Source: an uncultured archaeon
GTDB lineage: Archaea > Iainarchaeota > Iainarchaeia > Iainarchaeales > 0-14-0-20-30-16
Direction of reading: 5' to 3'
NCBI GenBank assembly: GCA_964565725.1
Contig: CAZMGA010000011.1
Span: 3,115 to 12,741, forward strand
Length of the DNA: 9,627 nt
The translations under genes and the position numbers were made by a program. Within the stretch, counting starts at the first letter, position 1; each line of letters starts with the position of its first letter. This document shows, one piece after another, positions 1 to 6,140 of the stretch. Under the pieces are notes generated by a model. The model did not search any database. It saw nothing but the letters and a program-made list of their open reading frames with translations, and was not told the DNA's origin.

Positions 1-2
1 TA

Positions 3-701
3 TTAATTACAAAGGATTTTGCAGAAAAATATAACAAAGGAATAGGTTCCAGTATAAAAATTAATGAAGAAAAATTTACTATTATAGGTATATTTGAAGT
101 TAAATCTAGTTTTTTAACTAATTTAATTATTATGGATATAGATGATATGCAAAGTGCTTTTGATATGGATAAAAGTAAAGTGAGTAGTTTTTATGTATTA
201 CCAAATAATATGTCTCAGTCTGAAAATATTGCAAAAAAAATAGAATTTAAATTTGAAGATTTGGAAGCTTCTACTCAACAAGAATCAGCTCAACAATTAG
301 GAGATGTATTAGGAAATTTAAAATTAATGGTTTGGGTAGTATCATTAATTGCCGCAATTGTTGCAGGTGTTGGAATAATAAATACTATGTTAATGTCTGT
401 TATGGAAAGAACAAAAGAAATTGGTACTTTAAAAGCAGTTGGTTGGACTGATTCTAATGTTATGTTAATGATTTTATTTGAATCTATTTTTGTAGGTTTA
501 ATGGGTGGAATATTAGGAATAATATTTGGTTATATTTGTAGTTATATTGTATTTTTAATTTCTGGACTAGTTACAACAGTAACAATTACAACAGTATTAC
601 AAAGTTTTTTATTTGCATTTATAATTGGAATAATAGGTGGATTATATCCCGCACGAATTGCTAGTAAATTAGACCCTATTGAAGCATTAAGAAGTGAATA
701 A
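3..701 (+). CDS. ABC transporter permease, MacB/FtsX family (C-terminal part, 5' end outside window)
   Basis: Frame 3 is open from base 3, upstream of the listed ATG at 132 (LITKDFAEKYNKGIGSSIKINEEKFTIIGIFEV...). The C-terminus has the typical pattern GIINTMLMSVMERTKEIGTLKAVGWTDSNVMLMILFESIFVGLMGGILGIIFG...PARIASKLDPIEALRSE. Stop TAA at 699-701. Confidence 0.93.
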   Translation, partial: LITKDFAEKYNKGIGSSIKINEEKFTIIGIFEVKSSFLTNLIIMDIDDMQSAFDMDKSKVSSFYVLPNNMSQSENIAKKIEFKFEDLEASTQQESAQQLGDVLGNLKLMVWVVSLIAAIVAGVGIINTMLMSVMERTKEIGTLKAVGWTDSNVMLMILFESIFVGLMGGILGIIFGYICSYIVFLISGLVTTVTITTVLQSFLFAFIIGIIGGLYPARIASKLDPIEALRSE

Positions 702-1328
702 TTAAGTATATTTAGTAATTATTTTATAAAAAGTAATTCTTTCTTCTAATTTGTTTTTTCTACTTTGTAAAGTTATTATTTTCTTTTCAGAAATTTCTTT
801 TTGTAAATTATTTTTTTTAATTATTTTATCTCCTAAACTTGAGTTTTTATAAATAATTGAATTATTTATTGTTTCCAATAAATTATTTCTATAATCTTTA
901 TTATCCATGAATGTAGAAATTATTTTTTCTATACCTTTATCATTAATGTAATCTATAGGTAAATTTATTTTTTCAAAGTCTTCTTTATATTTTTTATCAA
1001 AGCTTTCTTTTATTTTGTGTTTCCAAAAAGTTTTATTTAAATATTTTTTCCTTTTTCCATTTTCTAAGAAGTTTTTGGAATCGTTTTGCATACCTATCCA
1101 ATAATCTAATTTGTCTTTTATTTTAGTATATTCTGCTTTTATAGTATTAACTTCTTTTTTAATTATGTCTTTTGAAGGATATATAAATTTTAATTCTTGA
1201 TTTTTTTCTGTTTTTATTATCCCTCCTTCTTTTAAATAATTAGATATACTTTGTTTTTCAAATTGAGTAAAAGTTCTTAATTCTTTGTATTCTTTTTCCA
1301 AATCTTCTAAAGTCATAAATAATTGCAT
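702..1328 (-). CDS. Hypothetical Lys/Glu-rich coiled-coil protein (208 aa)
   Basis: Long ORF on the minus strand with an exact fit between flanking genes; charged heptad-like composition. No family recognised. Confidence 0.7.
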   Translation of the reverse strand: MQLFMTLEDLEKEYKELRTFTQFEKQSISNYLKEGGIIKTEKNQELKFIYPSKDIIKKEVNTIKAEYTKIKDKLDYWIGMQNDSKNFLENGKRKKYLNKTFWKHKIKESFDKKYKEDFEKINLPIDYINDKGIEKIISTFMDNKDYRNNLLETINNSIIYKNSSLGDKIIKKNNLQKEISEKKIITLQSRKNKLEERITFYKIITKYT

Positions 1329-1401
1329 ATATTACAAAAAGAACGTTATGCTTTTAAATGTATATTCTATAAATATATATAAACATATAAGGAGTGAAAT
1401 T

Positions 1402-2166
1402 ATGGATACTAAATTAAATATTCTACCTATAATAATAATTTCTGTATTATTTTTAGTTATAGGTTTGTTATTAGCGCCAAAAATAATAAATACCAGTGAA
1501 GTTCCTAATCAAATTATTAATGTTGAAGGAAATTCAAAATTAGATATAATGCCAGATGTGGCAAAAATGAACTTAAATATAGAATACAAAAAACCAACTG
1601 CTGAAGAATCAATGCTTTTAGTTAAAGATAAATATGATGACTTAAACAATTATGTTGTAGATTTAAATATTCCTAATTTAGTTTTAAGTACTAAAAATAT
1701 TTCTGTATATCCTTATTATGATTACAATAAAGAATCAGAAGAAAGTTATCTAAAAGGTTATGTTGCTTCACAAAATTTAGTTTTGGAATTCAAAGATTAT
1801 AATAATGTTAGATTCTTTGATATTTTACAAGATTTATCTAAAAAAGGAATTTTGTTAAATGGTATGAGTTTTGAATTATCAGATGATTTAAAAAATTCAT
1901 CATATAATTTATTATTAGAACAAGCAATTGCAGATGCAAGAGTAAAAGCAAATAATATTGCTATATATACTTTAGTTAAAATAAACAAAAAACCAATATC
2001 TATAAATGTGAATGCTAATTTCGATAGTTATCCTTATTATAACTACAGTTATAAAGCATTAGATTCTACATATGGTGGAGAAGAACAATCTAGAATAACA
2101 TCTAATATTGTGCCTGAAGTACAAACTATAAGTATGGTTGTAGATTTAGGATTTCAATATGAATAA
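1402..2166 (+). CDS. SIMPL (DUF541) domain-containing protein with N-terminal membrane anchor
   Basis: The listed ORF starts at 1285, but the ATG at 1402 is in frame, follows AAGGAGTGAAATT (SD-like) and gives MDTKLNILPIIIISVLFLVIGLLLAP... The body contains VEGNSKLDIMPDVAKMNLNIEY, a C-terminal-half ALEQAIADARVKANNIA pattern and a terminal VSMVVDLGFQYE-like strand, all typical of SIMPL proteins. Confidence 0.88.
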   Translation: MDTKLNILPIIIISVLFLVIGLLLAPKIINTSEVPNQIINVEGNSKLDIMPDVAKMNLNIEYKKPTAEESMLLVKDKYDDLNNYVVDLNIPNLVLSTKNISVYPYYDYNKESEESYLKGYVASQNLVLEFKDYNNVRFFDILQDLSKKGILLNGMSFELSDDLKNSSYNLLLEQAIADARVKANNIAIYTLVKINKKPISINVNANFDSYPYYNYSYKALDSTYGGEEQSRITSNIVPEVQTISMVVDLGFQYE

Positions 2167-2176
2167 ATAAAATATA

Positions 2177-2214
2177 GATATTTTGAAAGTTTTAAAAAAC
2201 TTTCAATAAATATC
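2177..2214 (+). other. Long imperfect inverted repeat / RNA hairpin in the SIMPL to downstream-gene intergenic region
   Basis: GATATTTTGAAAGTTTT (2177-2193) pairs with AAAACTTTCA (2196-2205) and, after a 2-nt bulge, AAATATC (2208-2214). Confidence 0.6.
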
Positions 2215-2234
2215 ATAAAAAGGAAGTGAATTAA

Positions 2235-3317
2235 ATGGCAAAAAAGTCTGATGTTTTATTTGCAATATTAGTTGCAGTATTATTTTTTGGATCTACATTT
2301 TCTGTGTGGCTTTATTCTCAAAGCGACAATTCAGATGAAGGTGTTACAAAAGATATAGAAGACCCTTTAGATAATATAATGTTGAATTATTCAACTGAAA
2401 TTACTGGAAAAGTATTAGAAGTACCTATTGGAGGGGCTTATAGTTTTTTTGCCTATACTAATAATGAAAATATAGTAAATTTAGATTATGCTATTAGAGA
2501 TTTAAATGGTGTAAAAGAAGTAAATAGTAGAATTGAAGTTAGTGATGATAATACTATAGGACAATATATTTATGTTGCATATATTTTAACTGATGATTTA
2601 AATACTTTGATTTTAGATTCAAAACTAAAAGATATTAATGGTTTTTTAGATTTTTATTTATATCCTTATGTAAAAGTAGAATATAATTCTGATTTGGTTT
2701 TTTATAATCTTGACTTAAATGAGTCAAAAAATTATTCTTTGGGTGGAAATGAAATTACTTTATTAGGGGATTCTACAGTTCTTGTAGGAGATGTTTTAAA
2801 TTTTCGTATTGATGCTAATTTCTCTGGAAATGTTTTAAAAAATTATAATGCATATTTAGTAGAAAATTTAAGTTTGTATTCTCAAAAACAAACATATTTA
2901 TTAAACAAATTAAATTCAAAAGGTTATAATAAAATTATTTATGGAAATTATTTAAAGGAAGATTTTAACTTTTTAAATTTAGATTTTAACTTTTTAAAAA
3001 ACGATTCTAATACAATTTGTAAATTGTCTTTTGATAATGATATAAATGTATTATATATAGAAAATGAATTGAAAGATTATAATAGTATTGAAATGTTGAT
3101 GAATGTTGATACTTATATTTATGATTTAAATATAAATAATAAAAACTATATTATAGATAAAAATATTGAAGTTTATGAAGAAGATTTAGATTTAGGATTA
3201 ATGCCTGGTTTAAGTTATAAGAAATATAATAATGAAGATGTGAATTTAGAAATAAATTCTATATTTTCAAGAGATGAATTTATGTATGTAAATAATATAA
3301 TTTATAGAGGTAATTAA
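2235..3317 (+). CDS. Hypothetical protein with N-terminal transmembrane anchor and extracytoplasmic domain (360 aa)
   Basis: ATG preceded by AAAAGGAAGTGAATTAA; N-terminal hydrophobic segment DVLFAILVAVLFFGSTFSVWLYS followed by a polar, Asn-rich body. No family recognised. Confidence 0.8.
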   Translation: MAKKSDVLFAILVAVLFFGSTFSVWLYSQSDNSDEGVTKDIEDPLDNIMLNYSTEITGKVLEVPIGGAYSFFAYTNNENIVNLDYAIRDLNGVKEVNSRIEVSDDNTIGQYIYVAYILTDDLNTLILDSKLKDINGFLDFYLYPYVKVEYNSDLVFYNLDLNESKNYSLGGNEITLLGDSTVLVGDVLNFRIDANFSGNVLKNYNAYLVENLSLYSQKQTYLLNKLNSKGYNKIIYGNYLKEDFNFLNLDFNFLKNDSNTICKLSFDNDINVLYIENELKDYNSIEMLMNVDTYIYDLNINNKNYIIDKNIEVYEEDLDLGLMPGLSYKKYNNEDVNLEINSIFSRDEFMYVNNIIYRGN

Positions 3318-3319
3318 TT

Positions 3320-3652
3320 ATGTTTCCAAATATGAATCCTGCACAAATGCAAAAAATGATGTCTCAATTAGGTATAAAAACAAATGAATTAAATGTTGAA
3401 AAAGTAATTTTACAATTAAAAGATGGTAAAATATTACAAATTGATAATCCACAAGTTACTAAAATGATAATTCAAGGTACTGATACTTATCAAGTAATTG
3501 GTTCTGCTGTAGAAGTTGAAGAAAAAATTAGTGAAGAAGACATAAATTTAGTTTCAGAACAAGCTAATTGTTCAAAAGAAATTGCAGAAAAAACATTAAA
3601 AGAAACTGATGGAGATATTGCTGAAGCAATAATGAAATTAAAGAAGATTTAA
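3320..3652 (+). CDS. nac: Archaeal nascent polypeptide-associated complex protein (NAC alpha homologue) with C-terminal UBA domain
   Basis: MFPNMNPAQMQKMMSQLGIKTNEL...VEKVILQLKDGKILQIDNPQVTKMIIQGTDTYQVIG (NAC domain), then ISEEDINLVSEQANCSKEIAEKTLKETDGDIAEAIMKLKKI (UBA). SD-like GAGGT lies upstream. Confidence 0.96.
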   Translation: MFPNMNPAQMQKMMSQLGIKTNELNVEKVILQLKDGKILQIDNPQVTKMIIQGTDTYQVIGSAVEVEEKISEEDINLVSEQANCSKEIAEKTLKETDGDIAEAIMKLKKI

Positions 3653-4642
3653 TTAAGATAATCTTTGATATCTATAAATAAATTCATCTATTGTTAAAAT
3701 ACTATTTTCTAGAGCTAATTTTTCACCTATTTTTATACCTTCAATATATTTATCTCCTAATTTCTTTCCATTAAGAGTATAATCTATAGACTTCCCAGAC
3801 AATTTATATTCTATATATGTAGATAATGCTTGAACAAATGTTTCGTTTTCAGATAGTTTAATATATTTTGGTTTTGTTTCTAATGTTCTGTGAATATATT
3901 CGTGTATAATCGTGGATTTATCATTTAAGAATAAATATATTTTATTAAAATGAAATAATCCATATTCTTTTGTTTTAAATAAAGAAATTAAATTTTCAAG
4001 AGAAAATTTTGAATTTATAGATTGTATTCTTTGTAATAATTGTATGGGATTTTCTTCAAAATAGAATCGATCTACAAAAAATAAATTAAATGGATCTTTT
4101 ATTTTTCTTATAACTAAATCTAAATTTACATTGTTAAAAAACCCCATTTTTATTAGAATACTGTCTGCCTCTATACATGTTGATTTTGCAAAATCATAAT
4201 CTATTTTAAATATCTCGTTAATTTTTTGATACTCTTCAGGAGTAAGTTTTTTTCTTATTTTTTCTAATTGTAATCTTATTTCTTTTAATAATTTATTATG
4301 TAATAATTTATCAAAATTTGTAGATAAATTCTCTAAAATCTTTTTGTATTGTTTTAAGTTTTTAATATTTTTTGTTATTTCATATAATATTCTTTTTTTA
4401 TTTTTTTCAATAATCTTTAATATTTTTATAGGATCTGTGTCTATATTAATTTCTTTTAATACTTGCGCAATTGTTGTTTTTATTTTATATGTTAATAATA
4501 TTTTTAATGTTATGTGATCGGTTGTTACTATGTTTTTTTTAGTTAACATTTCTTTTGATTTTTTAATTCTTTCAAGATGTTCCTCTTTATGTTTTTTAAT
4601 ATATTCTGGAGTAAATCTTGATTTTTGTTTTGGTTTAAACAT
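3653..4642 (-). CDS. Putative zinc-dependent metallopeptidase, gluzincin-like (329 aa)
   Basis: HEYIH motif (codons 3890-3904) in STIIHEYIHRTLETK, followed by SENETFVQALSTYIEYKLSG, which could supply the third (Glu) zinc ligand. Charged helical N-terminal two-thirds. Confidence 0.65.
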   Translation of the reverse strand: MFKPKQKSRFTPEYIKKHKEEHLERIKKSKEMLTKKNIVTTDHITLKILLTYKIKTTIAQVLKEINIDTDPIKILKIIEKNKKRILYEITKNIKNLKQYKKILENLSTNFDKLLHNKLLKEIRLQLEKIRKKLTPEEYQKINEIFKIDYDFAKSTCIEADSILIKMGFFNNVNLDLVIRKIKDPFNLFFVDRFYFEENPIQLLQRIQSINSKFSLENLISLFKTKEYGLFHFNKIYLFLNDKSTIIHEYIHRTLETKPKYIKLSENETFVQALSTYIEYKLSGKSIDYTLNGKKLGDKYIEGIKIGEKLALENSILTIDEFIYRYQRLS

Positions 4643-5083
4643 CTAATCACTATAAATACTTTCAATTGCTTTATTAAATATTATTAGTAAAATATATATT
4701 TCATCTTCTGTTAAAGATATTTGAATTGAATTTAAAGTGTTGTCTTTTCCTTGTTGGTTTATTTTTATAATATATCCAAAATTATTTTTAGATATTTTTA
4801 AAACAGCATTTTTTACTACTGTTTCATTAATAGATTTGTTAGGATCATGAAATAATTGTAATTCATTTTTTTGTTCTTTAAAAGTAATGCAAATTTTTGC
4901 ACAATCTTGTGCACTTAATTTAAATATTTGTTTATTTGCCCAATCAAATTTCTTTTCTTCTATTTGTTTTGCAAATTCTAAAAATAAACTTTTCTTTTCT
5001 TTATTGAAATCTACGCTTAATGCAGAACCTGTTTTAGAATTATTTGGTTTATAAATTACATAATTATTTTTCATATTTGTCAC
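4643..5083 (-). CDS. Whirly-like ssDNA/ssRNA-binding protein (146 aa; GTG start at 5083 or ATG at 5074)
   Basis: KTGSALSVDF, LFLEFAKQ, KKFDWANKQIFKLSAQDCAKI, LQLFHDPNKS, VLKISKNNFGYIIKINQ and ISLTEDEIYILLIIFNKAIESI occur in the same order as the plant Whirly pattern KGKAALTV / LLLQFAPA / RQYDWSRKQVFSLSVTEIG / CEFFHDPxKG / VLKVEPLPDGSGxFFNLSVQN / IPxTKAEFAVLxSAFNFVLP (recalled, not computed). Confidence 0.72.
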   Translation of the reverse strand: MTNMKNNYVIYKPNNSKTGSALSVDFNKEKKSLFLEFAKQIEEKKFDWANKQIFKLSAQDCAKICITFKEQKNELQLFHDPNKSINETVVKNAVLKISKNNFGYIIKINQQGKDNTLNSIQISLTEDEIYILLIIFNKAIESIYSD

Positions 5084-5520
5084 TAAATCATATTATTTTT
5101 TAACTTTAATTTTTTAACCATTAATTCTGGATTATCAATTTCTTTGATTACATTATATTTTGGTATAATTTGAAAATATATGTGTTCGTCTTTTTTTGTT
5201 TTGTGTATTACTTCAAAGCTTTCTGGGCTAAAACTAATTTTTAATAATTTAATTGCTCTTTTTATTAATAACATCATATCTTTGTCTTCATCTTTATTTA
5301 ATTCTGTTATATCTGTAATGTGTCTTTTTGGAGCTACCAATAAATGACCATAACTTAAAGGATTTTTTTTTGCAATTATATAAGCTGTATTTCCTACATG
5401 AATTATTAATTTTTGTTTTTCAGTATAATTACAAAAGTAGCAATTTGTTTTTTTATTTTCTTTATTTTTATTTTTCTTTTCATTCAAACTTTGTAATTGT
5501 GCATAAATTATTTTTGCCAT
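5083..5520 (-). CDS. HIT (histidine triad)-fold protein with degenerate active-site motif
   Basis: CYFC zinc-like motif, AYIIAKKNPLSYGHLLVAPKRHITDITEL and the terminal HIYFQIIP in place of HxHxHxxP. SD-like AAAAGGAGATATTATG precedes the start. Confidence 0.88.
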   Translation of the reverse strand: MAKIIYAQLQSLNEKKNKNKENKKTNCYFCNYTEKQKLIIHVGNTAYIIAKKNPLSYGHLLVAPKRHITDITELNKDEDKDMMLLIKRAIKLLKISFSPESFEVIHKTKKDEHIYFQIIPKYNVIKEIDNPELMVKKLKLKNNMI

Positions 5521-5532
5521 AATATCTCCTTT

Positions 5533-6051
5533 TTATAATTTAATTCTATTCATTTTGTAATATGTAATATTTAAGTCATTATCAATCATAGCAAGAATTA
5601 AATTTGTGTTTAATCCTTGGGCCATTCTTATACTTTTAGAAAAAAAGTTTGGTTTAATACTCTTATTCTCATCAACAATTGATATAACATATTTAGTATG
5701 TGCTTCATCAATTTTTTTACCTAAAGGATAAACCCTAAAATCAAATCCAAATTTTAAACCAGTTTTAATAATATAGCCTAAAGATTTTATATCTTTATAC
5801 ACTAAATAGTTATTAAAAAAGAATTTATTGTTTTTTATTTGTTTTTTTATATATTCTTCTGTGCTTATAGGTTTATTTCTATGAATCAAATCTAATCTAT
5901 TATTTTCTAATAAATATAATGTTTCATAAATGTCTAAAATCAAATAATTTTTGTTTTTTATACCATATCCTTTAGATATTAATAAAGAGGAATAATTAAG
6001 ATTAGTTATTATTGTAGAATTGTTTTTTAACTCTCCTAAGTATTTTTTCAT
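5533..6051 (-). CDS. endA: tRNA-splicing endonuclease (EndA) family protein
   Basis: YLVYKDIKSLGYIIKTGLKFGFDFRVYPLGKKIDEAHTKYVISIV and SKSIRMAQGLNTNLILAMIDNDLNITYYKMNRI match the EndA C-terminal nuclease-fold pattern. Tyr (FRVY) and His (EAH) are present. Confidence 0.88.
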   Translation of the reverse strand: MKKYLGELKNNSTIITNLNYSSLLISKGYGIKNKNYLILDIYETLYLLENNRLDLIHRNKPISTEEYIKKQIKNNKFFFNNYLVYKDIKSLGYIIKTGLKFGFDFRVYPLGKKIDEAHTKYVISIVDENKSIKPNFFSKSIRMAQGLNTNLILAMIDNDLNITYYKMNRIKL

Positions 6052-6140
6052 TTTTATCCCTTAAGTCTTACTAATATTATACATTATATATACACGAAAG
6101 TATTTAAATGTTTAAACATTATATCTATTGAGGTGGTTTT
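6052..6140. promoter_or_regulatory. Divergent intergenic region with putative archaeal TATA elements for endA (-) and the CBS gene (+)
   Basis: 89 bp between divergent starts; TATTTAAA at 6101-6108, ATTATATATA at 6083-6092, perfect 14-bp palindrome AATGTTTAAACATT at 6107-6120, and SD-like GAGGTGG at 6130-6136. Confidence 0.5.

Noticed and set aside
1285-1401. N-terminal extension of the SIMPL ORF (MYSFSKSSKVINNCIYYKK...)
   Set aside because: It overlaps the divergent gene's start, and the ATG at 1402 has a good SD and leads directly into a membrane anchor.
1797-1988. 63-aa minus-strand ORF (MFILTKVYIAILFAFTLASAIACSN...) resembling a lipoprotein signal
   Set aside because: Fully antisense to the well-supported SIMPL gene, which explains the sequence; the hydrophobic look is a product of AT-rich antisense reading.
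3841-4642. HExxH protein as an ImmA/toxin-antitoxin-type protease
   Set aside because: No adjacent HTH repressor or toxin-like gene; the motif alone does not support that assignment.
5328-5522. 64-aa plus-strand ORF, aromatic and hydrophobic
   Set aside because: Antisense to the HIT-domain gene; Phe/Tyr/Leu runs mirror its Lys/Glu/Asn codons.
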